A stretch of DNA of 64,000 nt. Origin: Negaprion brevirostris. Taxonomy: Eukaryota. A program made the translations under genes and the position numbers. Shown piece after piece: positions 22,480-34,453 of this stretch. The notes under the pieces are model-generated. The model was not told the DNA's origin. It made no database searches and was given only the letters and a program-made list of their open reading frames with translations. Numbering within the stretch: the first letter of the stretch is position 1; every line of letters starts with the position of its first letter. The stretch lies in the NCBI GenBank assembly GCA_030324005.1, contig JARDVH010000059.1, positions 95,730,228 to 95,794,227 of the forward strand, written 5' to 3'.

Positions 22480-25005
22480 ATAATGTATTGAGAAAGAGGA
22501 GATTTTCTTATGATCAAGCAGATGAGAAATGAGTAAAATACATGAAGTAACACCATCTGGATACAGGAAGAAAATTCTGCAAGTAGCTAATGAAGTTCCA
22601 TTAGCAGGGTATTTAGGAATTTAAAAATCTCGGGCTAAAATACAGAAAGTTTTACTGGCCTGGATTGCATTAATAAGTTGTTAGGTTCTGTGAGACATGT
22701 CAAGTGATACGACAACCAAGAGCAGTAGTAAAACCTGCACCTTTCAATTCCTGTTCCAGCATTTGAGGAACTTTTTACTAGTATCTGAATAAACTATGTG
22801 GAACCTCTTTCTAAGATAAAATCAGTACTTGTTGACAATCATGGCTGTATCTGCTAGATTCTCTGAAGCAATACCATTGAAGAAACATTACAGCAAAAAG
22901 GGTTGTAGAGGAATTGACCAAATTCTTTACCAGATATGGTTTACCAAAAGAAACACAGTAGAATCAAAGGTCAGATTTCATATCACAGTTGTTCAGGGAA
23001 GTCATGAACAACCTAAAGATGAAGCAATTTAAATCGTCATCCAGAATCACAAAGGGCGTCACACTCTAAAGACTATGATGAGGACATACAGTTAAGATTA
23101 CCCACAAGACTGGGATCAAGGAATGCTATTCTCACTATTTTCCATTAAAGATGCACCTAATGACTCAATTTAAGTTTAGTCCTTTTGAATTGGTATATGG
23201 TCATGAGGTCAGAGCATCACTCAAACTAATTCAGGAGAAGTGAATAAGAATTCAGAAATCACACTTTTGGACCATGTGTCAAAAGGGAAAGATTAGATTG
23301 AGCATGTGAACTAGCAAAAGAGTATTTAAAAATATCACAGGAAGTGAGGAGAGATGAAGAGCCTTATAGCTGTGGAGAAGGTACTGGTGTTGTTGCTGTT
23401 TCTGGTCAAACCATTAAAAGCCAGGTTTAACAGGCTGTACCAAATTGAGAACTAAGTGAAGTAAACTATCTGAAAATAATTCCAAATAGAAAAACCAAGA
23501 CAGTATGTCACAAAAATATTCTCAAGAAGTATTTTGACAGGGAAGATAACTAAAGCAAGTAGTATTGGCAGTGATGAACCAAGAAAAGGAAGTTAAAAGA
23601 TTTGAAAGCGGTTTTCCTCAAATTCAACTGGAGAATGAGGAAGTGCTTAAAAATTTGAAAGTACTTCCGGATAAGAATCAAAGTGTGTGGGCAGAGTTAT
23701 TGAAGTCGTATAGAACTTTATCCAGAGACAAATTGGGAAAACTAAGGTAGCCATGCTAGGTGTAGATATGGGAAATTCTGTTCCAATCAAGCAACATCCT
23801 TATCAGCTGAAGCCAATAAAATTATCACAACTGCAAAAAGAAATTGAATTTATGCTCAAAAAGTGCATTATTAAATTGAATTGTTGTGATTGGAGCTCAC
23901 CTACCTATATGGTACCAAAGCTGGATGGAACACAAAGACAGTGTGTGGACTGGTGAATGGTGAATGCAGTAAAAGTGGATTTGTAGCCAATTCCACTTTT
24001 TGGAGGACTGCATTGAGAAAGTGGGAAAGTCAAAGTTCATTATAAAAACTGACTTGCTAAAAAAATTGACAAAGTACCTCTATCAGGAAGAGTGAAAGAG
24101 GTTTCAGTCTTTGTAACACTGAATGGGTTTTATACGTTCAGGGTCATGCTGTTCAGAATGAAAAATGCACAAGCAACTTTCCAGAGACTGATGAATAGGA
24201 TTATTAATGGACTGAAACATTGTGTTGTGTACATTGTTGATTTGGTGGTATTGGGAGGAGCACTTGCAGCATCTAAAAGAACTACTCAATCATCAACAAG
24301 AAGCTAATTTGGTGGTAACTTGGCTAAAGATTAACTTGCATATTCACAAGTCACATATTTAGGACAAACTGTTAGATGGTCAGATGCTTCGTAAGATACA
24401 AAAATAAGAGCAATGACAGAGTTCCCATAGACTTCAACAAACAGGGAGGTTCTACGATTTCCAGGCACGTGTAAATTCTTCAGGTAGGTTGTGTCAAATT
24501 TTGGCAATGTGGTTGCTCCATTAACTGAACTCCTAAAAAAGAACAAGAAGTTTAAGTGGACATTCGTGTGCCAAAATTAATTCAGAAATTTAAGCACTGT
24601 TGGCAAACAGCGCCAGTTGTAGGGCCACCAAATTATGCCAATTTAAAACGGCTTTTAGTGTTAGTGATATTGCCATTGGTGCTGTTATTACAAGACGACA
24701 CAGGTCTCAAAAAGCTTATGGGATATCTTTCAAGAAAGCTGAATGCTGATCAACAGAAATACACTATTGTTGAGGAGGAAACACTGAGTTTGGTATTGGC
24801 ATTGCAACATTTTGAAGTTTACCAAGTCAACAATTTATCATAAATCATTATCTATATGGATCATAATCCCTTGCGATCTTTGAAAAAGTTTTAAGATCGG
24901 AATAGCAGACTGTTTCAATGGAATCTGTTATTAGAACCATTTAACTTAAAAGTACACGAGGCTGGGAGACAAAACATAATTGCAGATGCATTATCAAGAA
25001 TTTAA
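22480..25005 (+). mobile_element. Decayed Gmr1-like Ty3/Gypsy pol (integrase upstream of RT and RNase H)
   Basis: IN zinc finger (PLAGYLG..FYWPG..FCETCQ) ~22600-22710; IN core (LLTIMAVSARFSEAIPL) ~22830; RT (PIKQHPY..WSSP..VPKLDG..CVD, YIVDLVV) 23780-24250; RNase H (LSRKLN..KYTIVEEETLSLVLALQHF) ~24730; ends NIIADALSRI*. Confidence 0.85.
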
Positions 25006-26736
25006 GTTGTGAATAAAATTGGGCATTTGAAGCCAATGGGAAATAAAGTGACATGGACCCTATTTTTGGGGTATATCGGCATGTTAACACATACACCTTG
25101 CAATGCAAGTTAGAAAAAAAGTAGGCTAGGGGTTCCCAAACTGGTGTCTACAGACCAGTGGAGATCCGTGACATTGGCGCTGACAGCGTGAATGGCAAAC
25201 ATCAGTTGCAGTGCTCCAGATTTAAAAATAAGCAGGAAAAATAAGCCAATCTTGGAGCACTGGGGATTGCTTGAACAGCCACCGCTGCCCCGCCTGAATT
25301 CCACCATAGGTTTCACACTGAGAATTTAGCTTATTATCATTCAGTGCTCTGATTGGCTCATTTGATTTATTTGATCTCACTGTTGCTGGGCATAAACGCC
25401 CAGGCCAGCAATAAAGATGAAAGGTGAGCTGACAGGTATAAAGACCAGACGAAAGCTAGAATCTGATGTTGATGGCAGCAGGTAAAAAGCAGCAGCAGTA
25501 GTTCAGGCAGGGGCAATGGCAACAGTTCAGGTGATGGCATGTTAGGTAGGCGTAGCAGCGGCAGTTCAGGCACCAGAAACAAAGAGGCAGCAAGGTGAGG
25601 ACAAGGAGAGTGGCGTCAATGAATACTATTTCAGACGGGCCAAGCCAGAGCAGTTAATATGAATGGTTTATGCAGCTGGCAAATGTAGTTGTGATTGTAT
25701 ACCTCTCACATCAAGCCATTGAGTGCGTAAAGGAGGCAGCATCACTCCTCTCACTGAAGACAACAGGAAGGTCAGCCTTCAGATCTTGATAATGCTTTAT
25801 TGGTGATATACGCATAGCTATAACTTGAAATGACTTATTTTACGTTTGATTTCTGTGCTTGCACCTACTTCGCGGTAAAAAAAGGGCATCGACATTATAG
25901 GAATGTCTGGGGTTCCCCACTACTCTTGAGAAATCATTGGGGGTTCTGACGTTTAGGAAATGCAGAAGTAGGGAATAACATAAAATAATTATAGAAAAGG
26001 AAACACTTTTTTCAATTATGATGGTTCTTTTCGAAAAGAGTGAAGGTGACACAAAAACATATCAGGAAAATCTAATATTTTCTGTTGGTTACATTCCGGT
26101 CATATTTTAAATTGTTGGGAAAATAATTAAGGCAAATCTAAACTATGTATTTGAAATGTTAACGAGCCAAGCAAGAATGCAGNNNNNNNNNNNNNNNNNN
26201 NNNNNNNNNGAACAAGAATAGATCTGGCTGGGTTGTCAGGATTCAAAGGATAGATATTGCAAAGTGTGAAAAAAAGATGTCATAGGCGAGGTGGATAAAG
26301 TAAGTTTACTTCTGTAAACTTCTAAAATCATGAGAAGAAGTTAATTAAATCAGAGAGAAATATTCTAAATAAATTAGGCAAGATAACGGAAAGATCAAAA
26401 GAAAAAATATATATCTGAGGGGATATTGAAACCTATGAGTGAGCTGCTTTAAATCTCAGTCAACAGCAGGAATAGTTGTTTAACTCCCAATAAGCACTGG
26501 CAAGGAAGGCAGATTTGAAAAACAAACTGCTGGTTAACTTTAGAAGGAATCCCATCTGCCTTATTTAAGCGTACTTATGTTTTTTTTATTTCTTCATAAT
26601 ATTTGTATATAAAATTATAACAATTAGTCAGGAACATCATTTCTGGATTTCAAACTTCTTTGCTTATTATACACATTGCAAACATACTTGAGGTCCCGTT
26701 GTTTCAAGTTTTCCTTCTGGGATCTGAATAACTTGG

Positions 26737-29700
26737 TGTTGAGTCTGAGACTGCCAGGCAGGTACTTCAATGAAGCCACAGGAACAATAGGGTTTATTAC
26801 AGAACTACATTTCTTGCACTCCATCCCTCAAGTGACAGTAGGGCCGGCTTCCCAGGCAGATCACCCGAAGTCTCGGGTCACCTGACCCGTCTGCTTAAAG
26901 GGGCTACGTCCCGCATACACTACACTCTTCCCTTCTAAATAGCAATCTCCATGCAGAAATAACAATTAAGTATTTACACATTACAAACAGTAATAATACT
27001 CAACGTTATACAGACACGATCAATCGGTCCGGGGGCCGACAGTACTGTAGAAGTTGTTTACTAGGAGCTGGAACCAGCCTTCGGTCTCTCTCCTGCAATC
27101 ACGGCTGTGGTGATTCTTCCATTCACACATCAGTCTCTACTACCGATGTTCCCAGTTCAGCCAAAGGTGTAGCTATGGGGTCCCTGCTCCCTTCCTCGGG
27201 AACCTTCGCCAGTTCTCGCTGAACCATCTTCATCTCCCCAGCTGCTGTTTCCACTCCTTGATTCAGTGTTGCCAGTAATTGGTCTACACATCTATGCCAC
27301 AGCAACTCGTCTTGCATCTCCACAGTGTAGGACAGCAGTCTAGTCTTGGCTAGTAATACTGCCGAAATCCACTTCTTTCCCAACACATAGTTCCCCACTT
27401 TTCATCTTTTTGAAAAGTTTTTAGTTTTGCATATTCGGCTCGCCATCCCATCTGCCTCTCTTGACTCCTCTCCAGCACTCACCCGATCTTTTCCAGCCTT
27501 AGTAAATTGAACATTGTCCGTAACTATCTTCCCATCATCAACGTCGACTGGAGGCATTTTGTCGTTGCATGTGGTGTGTTTTGATACATATTTTAAAAAC
27601 TGGTTCACTCTTTGCCTCAACGACAATTCCCCCTTTGGCGCTTCCAAGAAAGTTTCACCACCAGCTCCACTGTATCATTCAGCACTGCATAACACGATGC
27701 ACACTTTACATGCCAAATGCCATGCAGATCCATATACACTTCAAAATTGCTGCAACACAAACTGTGGTCCACTGTCACTTATCACTTCCTCCAGGTAACC
27801 GAACCTGACGAACATACCATCAAGCCTATCCAGGGTTGCCTCTGTGGTAGTTGTTTTCACGCATAGTACCTCCGGCCACTTAGAGCATATGTCCACAGCC
27901 ACTAGTATAGCTTTCCACTGGCTCAGTGAAATCGATTTGGATGCATTCCCACAATCCTTTTGGCCACACCTAAGGATATAATGGTGATGCTAATGGTGCT
28001 TTCCAAATTTGGGAGCATGCTATATACGCTCCTGTTTGCTCTTCTATGTTAGCATCAATGTTTGGCCAATAGACGCAACACCTTGCTACCTCATTCATCT
28101 GTATCACCTTTGCATGCCTTTGCTGCAGCTGTATAACATCTTCCTCAATAAAGCCTGCATGCCCCAAAACAAGTAGCCATCCTGTGCTGACATCTCTCAC
28201 TGTTGGTTCAAGCAGGACCTCAACTGGGTCCTTCTTGCGACATGTTGTTCCCCTCCAGACGAGATCTAACATCCAACTCAGTATGGGGTGTTTTTTTGTG
28301 GCTTGTTTAACATTCACAGCCTTAGAACTTTATTCCCTTGTGAAAAGTACATTATCTTTACAGTCTCCTTGGAAGCCTCCCTGTTCCCTGGTGAAGGCAG
28401 CCTCGATAATGCGTTAGCGTGTTGGTCCGAGTGGTGATAACGGATCTCATACGAATGTGCTGACAAGATCCATTTTTGCAACCTCGCAGCCGCCAATGAT
28501 GGAATACCCAAATAGGGACCCAAAATTCTTGAGTAGTCAGTGGTCTGTTAGTAGGACAAATTTCCAGTCATAAAAGAATTGGTGGAATTTTACCAGTCCA
28601 AAAATGATACTCAGTGTCTCCTTCTCAATTTGGGCATAGTTTCCCACTGCTTTGATTGCGATACGAAAGGTCAATCTTCTCTGTTGTCCACCACGAGGTG
28701 ACATGTCATATGCCAGCTGAATAAGTAATTTTGGGTTAAAGTGTACCAAAACCCAAATACCTTTAGTACCTTCTTTGCCACTTGGTATTCGACATCCACT
28801 GCCATGTCTGACCTTTTATCAGTAGTCTATGCAGAGGCTTCAATACTGTCACTAGATCCTGCACAAATTTGCCATTATAATTGAATAGTTCTAGAAAGGA
28901 CCACAATTTTGATACATTCCCTGATCTAGGGGCCTTCATAATAGCTGCCAGTTTCTTTGGAGCCGTATGCAATCCCACACAGTCTGCAGAAGTGAAGTGT
29001 CCCTTCAATAACTTCCATAACTCCATGAATGGTTTATCACCTGGTTTCTCTAGCTGCAGTAAGTTTCTCAGGATTCCGAACATTTTACTGTCCACTGTGC
29101 TCAAGAATACTGGAACAACGAGGTCACATTCAATCTTGTCTGCTGCAATAATACTGAATCTCCCTATGTCAGCNNNNNNNNNNNNNNNNNNNNNNNNNNN
29201 NNNNNNNNNNNNNNNNNNNNNNNNNNNNNNNNNNNNNNNNNNNNNNNNNNNNNNNNNNNNNNNNNNNNNNNNNNNNNNNNNNNNNNNNNNNNNNNNNNNN
29301 NNNNNNNNNNNNNNNNNNNNNNNNNNNNNNNNNNNNNNNNNNNNNNNNNNNNNNNNNNNNNNNNNNNNNNNNNNNNNNNNNNNNNNNNCAATGACTGCAG
29401 CACTCACTCACCCCGCCATCTTCAGCGATCAGCTGCGCTGTAGCAAGTAGTTCCATCACGGTACCTGAGGCCGAGGAACCGTTTCCTTTCCTCAGTCTGT
29501 CTTGTGCTTACTGTGACTGCTACGAGATTCTGAACGTGCCCCACTGCAATATATTTGCTGTGGGTTCTTCAATTGTCTGCAGTGGAGAAAAACGAAGATC
29601 CTTGCTTCCCTCATGATTGTGGAACCAAGGCACCGATGTTCATTGCCAATGTTAAGTCCGAGACTACCAGGGAGGTGGCTTCAAAGAAGTCACATGAATA

Positions 29701-29854
29701 GGCAAGCCACATGAACGATAGGGTAAATTATATAAGTGTACTTTTCACACTCCAGCCCTCAAGTGGCAGTAGGGGCGGTTTCCTGGGCAGATCACTCCAT
29801 GCTTCGGGTCACCTGACCCATCTGCTTAAAGGGGCTACACCTCGCATATATTAC
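26737..29854 (-). mobile_element. Internally deleted Ty3/Gypsy LTR retrotransposon
   Basis: LTRs at 26737-26924 and 29650-~29854. PPT at 26925-26936; PBS-like TGGCAATGA left of 29650. gag N-terminus joined to the RT thumb at ~28985, then RNase H (YAQIEKETLSIIFGLVKFHQF) and integrase remnants. Confidence 0.85.
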
Positions 29855-30264
29855 TCTCCTCCCTTCTAAATAGCAATCCCCATCCAGAAATAACAATTAA
29901 CTATTTATACATTACAAACAATAATAACACTCGACGTTATATGTGGGCCATGCACCACATACATCAGTCATTCCCTTAACACAATACAAACAGTAAATTC
30001 TATCTCATAAAAAGGGAAACGCTCATCTTCCATTATCTTTCATCCAAAATATTTCCATTATGGGGAATCCAGATTAGGGACCATGAAAGTTAGTCATTAA
30101 TAAATCCAGTAAGGAATCAAAAAGTATTTATTTATGCNNNNNNNNNNTATGCAAGAATGGTGAGACTGTGGAACTCATTGCCTCCTGAGGTGGTTGAGAC
30201 AAATAGCATAAATTGATTTCAGGAGAAGCTAGTTGAGTGCATCTCGGAGAAAGGAATATGTTAA

Positions 30265-30480
30265 TATAAATACAAAATATTGCAGACGTTTAGAATTTTG
30301 GAATAAAATCAGGAAACAATGGAAATACTCAACAGGTCAAGGCGCATCTGTGGAGCAAGAAACACAGAGTATTAACGAAACAAGCTAATTTTATCTGTTC
30401 TAATGTAAGTGCTGAAACATGAACTCTGTTCCTGTCTACATGTTGTCAACTAAGTATTTCCATCATTATCTGTTTATATT
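30265..30480. mobile_element. Degenerate palindromic Penelope-derived repeat
   Basis: ggaaatactcaacaggtc..catctgtggag..acagagt arm and its inverse. Related fragments at 31185-31380. Confidence 0.5.
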
Positions 30481-30679
30481 ATACGCTGATGGGTTTAGTG
30501 AAGTGGGAGGGGCATAAAAATCAGCATAGACTTATTCGGCTGAATGGCCTGTTTCTGCGCTATAATTGCCAATGTAATGCTAACTCTAACGGATACAAAT
30601 CACGCCCTACTCTCCCCAAGGATTAAAACAAAACGATATATCAGAAGTTGGAAATAACTATTTCCTCCAACATGCTCAC

Positions 30680-30789
30680 GTTCAACTCCAATTCAATACC
30701 TTGCATCCACCCAAGGGATGCCATAAGATGGCGGAACGACCCGTCGTCGTGTGTCCTCGCTTCGTCGGTGGAGGAGAAGGGAAAAAGAG
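30680..30789 (-). other. Putative first exon of the minus-strand transcript (5'TOP-like start)
   Basis: Begins CTCTTTTTCCCTTCTCCTCC; ATG at 30724 (MASLGWMQGIELELN); donors AAG/GTATTG at 30699 or AAC/GTGAGC at 30679. Confidence 0.55.
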
Positions 30790-30879
30790 TGACGTCACCT
30801 ACGAAGTTGTGATTGGCGGGTTTGAACGGAGGATGGATCGCGCGATCCTCAGATGGAATACATTTCGGTTGGTCTCGTG

Positions 30880-31096
30880 CTGGAGAGCGAGGCGGTATGG
30901 GGTTGGATTTGACGGCGATTCCTATTATCAACAGTGCGCTCTGTACAGTCAGTGTGAAGTGCTGCGAGTGAGTGAGTGAGGTTGTCAGCGTTGAACTCAC
31001 GGTGAGTTCATACAGCTTCCGAACTTTGTTTCAATATGTGTTTTTGTTTTAATGTTTTTTTGTTTTCAGAAGCGAATTGACGATTTTAAGCAGAAA
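30880..31096 (+). other. Putative first exons of the plus-strand transcript
   Basis: Donor ACG/GTGAGT at 31002; 68-nt T-rich intron ending ttgttttcAG (31069); 27-nt exon 31070-31096 with donor GTAAGA. The start coordinate is a guess. Confidence 0.5.
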
Positions 31097-32324
31097 GTAA
31101 GAAATTGTGGGGGGCAAACATTCTCTTGACAGGGGAAAGCTCCTCGAGGTGATTATGTCGACGTCAATCGCAGTTTTTGTATTTAACAGAAAATGCAGGT
31201 AAAATTCAGCAGGTCTGGCAGCATCTGTGGAGAGAGAGAGAGAGACCAGCAGTTAATGTTTCGAGTCCGTAGGAGCTTGCTATGTCATGTAACAATATAA
31301 AAGCAAATTACTGCGGATGGTGGAATCTGAAACCAAAAGAGAAAATAAAACCATAGCAGGTCTGGCAGTATCTGTCATGCAACAATTTTCTTTTTAAGTT
31401 TTGTTGTAATAATGTAACCTATGCAATGTATTCCGACGGGGACTTGATTTTATGAGCCAAGGGAGAAGCCCCAAGACGGACGCTGACGGTGTAGTGTAGT
31501 ATGAGGTTACTGTACGACACGTTAACCTTGTGGTAGCTTGGTGTACAAATCCCGTCTGGTTCACCAGTGTTCAGGGATGGGAAGCTGAAACTCTCTTGTC
31601 CGCTCTGGTCAGCATATGGGCTTCTAGTCCCCATGCTGGACCCAAATTCCCTCGGACTTCACATCAAGCCAGTTATTTTTCTTTTTGAAAGCCTTCACTC
31701 CAAAAGGTGGTCTTTTCAGGGTAACCAGGGATATTGGCAGGAGTGATGATGTGGTGTTTTGTGCAATTCTAGCATAATCGCTGCTCTGTCTCGGCTAATA
31801 AAGAAATGAATCTCTCGTGTCTCAATCACTGACCTAACTAATGTCTTTGGGGATGTATAAACATGCTCAAACATTGGTAGTCAGTGTGAATATTTTAAGT
31901 ACACAATTATGGGACAAAGGGATGTTTTCAAGTATGACCCATTTTAGTCTTTTAATTTTGTTTGTGATCTAATTTAAACAAAGTATAGTTCATATTTCTG
32001 ATATTGTCCACAGCATTTAAATTAAGAATAGTGGGAAGAAATCTGGATGGGTCAAGTAAGCATTACTGAATTGTCACCTGATCCCAGGTCAAAGAATGAA
32101 CTTAGGCTGTTATTGAGGAGTAGACATTTTTTTGTAGATGCCTTTGTGATATGGGGATGGAGTGGGGTTATAGGACTAGTTGGATTGCTCCACAGGCATG
32201 GTTGATTTGTACTGTAATGACTACGACTCTAAAATCACTGCAAAAGTTGCTAATATTTAGCATAGCTCTCTGAAATAGTGTGTAAAAGCTGGATGTCTCA
32301 TTTTAAATATGATTTTAGGATCGT

Positions 32325-33393
32325 TTTAATTCATTTGTGTTACATGGGTGGTATTGGCGGGCCAGCATTTATTGACTATCCCTAGTTGCACTTAAGAAGG
32401 TGATGGTAAGCTGCCTTCTTGAATTGCTGCAGTCTCCATGCTGTAGGTTGACCCCCAATGCCATTATGGAGGGAATTCCAGGATTTTGACCCAGTGACAG
32501 CAAAGGAATATTCCCAAGTCAGGATGGTGACTAGCTCGGAGCGAAACCTTGAATGTGATGTTCCCACGTGTCTGCTGCCTTCGTCCTAGATTGAAGTGGT
32601 CGTGGGTTTGGAAGGTGTTGTCTAAGGATCTTTGAATTGTTGCAAAGCACCTTGTAGATAGTACACATTTGTTGCGACTGAGCATCAGTGGTGGAGGGAA
32701 TGGATGTGGTCCAAACAAGTGGGCTGCTTTGTTCTGGATGGTGTCAAGCTTTTTGGAGCTGCACCCATCCAGGCAAGTGGGGAGTATTCCATCACACTTC
32801 TGACTTTTGTCTTGTAGATGGTGGACAGGCTTTGGGGAGTTAGGAGGTGAGTTATTTGCTGCAGTATTCCGAGCCTCTGATCTGCTCTTGTAGCCATTGT
32901 ATTTATGTGATGAGCCCAGTTGAGTTTCTGGTCAATAGTAACACCAAAGATGTTCACAGTGGTGGATTCAGTGATGATGATACCACTGAATGTCAAGGGG
33001 TGGTGGTTAGTGTCTTTTATTGGTGATGGTCATTGCTTGGCATTTGTGTGGCATGAATGTCACTTGCCACTTGTCAGTCCAAGCCTGGATATTATCCAGA
33101 TCTTATTACATTTGAACATGGACTGCTTCAGTATCTGAGGAGTCATGAATGGTGCTGAACATTGTTCACCGATGTTTGCACATCCCCACTTCTGACTTTA
33201 TGGTAGATGGAAGGTCATTGAAGCAACTGAATAGGATTGAGCTGAGGACACTACCCTGAGGAACTCCTGTAGAGATGTCCTGGAACTGAGATGACTGACC
33301 CTCCACAACCATCTTCCTATGTGCTGGGTGTGCCTCCAAACAGCAGAGAATTTGCCCCCTGACACCCTAGTTTAGCTAGAGAGCCTTGATGTC
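32325..33393 (-). mobile_element. L2-like LINE RT to 3' end
   Basis: GVPQGSVL, FGVTIDQKLNWAHHI, VRSVMEYSPLAW and QQFKKAAYHHLLK motifs. Confidence 0.85.
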
Positions 33394-34453
33394 TTTTAGA
33401 GGAAATAAAAATAGTATGGTCCTAAAAGACTAATAAGATTAGGGTAGATGAATATAGTTCAGGGAAAGTATAATGTATTTGGAATTACAAAGATTCAGTT
33501 GCATAGAAATACATAACCACTGCTAGAAAGTTTAAATATGTATTTTTGAAAGTATTCTATACACCTTGGCCAAATACAGACTGCCCAAGGTGTAATGGGT
33601 TGAAAGCTAAGTGAGATGAACTACATTCTTTAAGAAAAATATGACCACAGAGCATAGTTTTTATCAGTAAAGACATCAACTGAATGGGACAGTTTCTTTT
33701 CTACTGTTAAATGCTTAGCAGATAGTCAGAACAGGAACTCTTGAACTCTATGACTTGCATAATTGAGAGACAATAGGAAAGGTACCTTTGAATCTATTAC
33801 CAATGTAATAGAGGTTTTTAAAAATGTATTTATTAGTGTCACAAGTAGGCTTACATTAACATCTCAATGAAATTATTGTGCAAATCCCCTAATCACTACA
33901 CTCTGGCACCTGTTGGGGTATGCTGAGGCAGAATTTGCATGGTCTATGCACCTAACCAGCATGTCTTTCAGACTGTTGGAGGATACTGCAGCACCTGGAG
34001 GAAACCCATGCAGACACAGGGAGAACATGCAGTCCTCTCCACAGAGTGACCTAAGCTACGAATCCAGGTTCCTGGCACTGAGGCAGCAGTGCTAACCACT
34101 GTGCCACGGAAGCTTCTGGATCCTATGGGCCAATGAATTCTCATGTTGCCAGACAATAGGATGTAATTGGCCAAGGCAAATGATCCGTATTAACATTATT
34201 GGTCCATCCTATTAAGGTGGACAGAGTAGGCGGGCAGATGATTTCTGAAGAAGTATAACAACAATGTCTTGATAATTTAAGACAACTCAAATTAAATTAT
34301 CTCCCTTACATGGTGGAACCAGACCTGGGCAATAAAATATGTCTTCAACCAGAATTTACTTGTCTCCACGAGTTCATTTTATTTGCTGAGCTACATTAAA
34401 GAGATGCATGAAGCCAACAAAATGCATAGGCCTCTTTAAAAAAAAACCCTATA
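33394..34453 (-). mobile_element. Probable solo LTR inserted in the L2-like RT
   Basis: Splits the LINE exactly at FDRV|(W)HQG. 5-bp TSD ATGTC (33389-33393, 34454-34458). Termini are degenerate. Confidence 0.5.
33820..34107 (-). mobile_element. V-SINE
   Basis: Same family as 3715-4015; near full length. Confidence 0.85.

Larger units (their letters stand above)
30650..31100. promoter_or_regulatory. CpG-rich bidirectional promoter
   Basis: Clearest non-repeat CpG-dense stretch in the window. YY1 AAGATGGCGG (30725-30734), CRE TGACGTCA (30790-30797), inverted CCAAT (30811-30816), GGCGGG-TTTGAA. Splice donors face outward on both sides. Confidence 0.8.
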
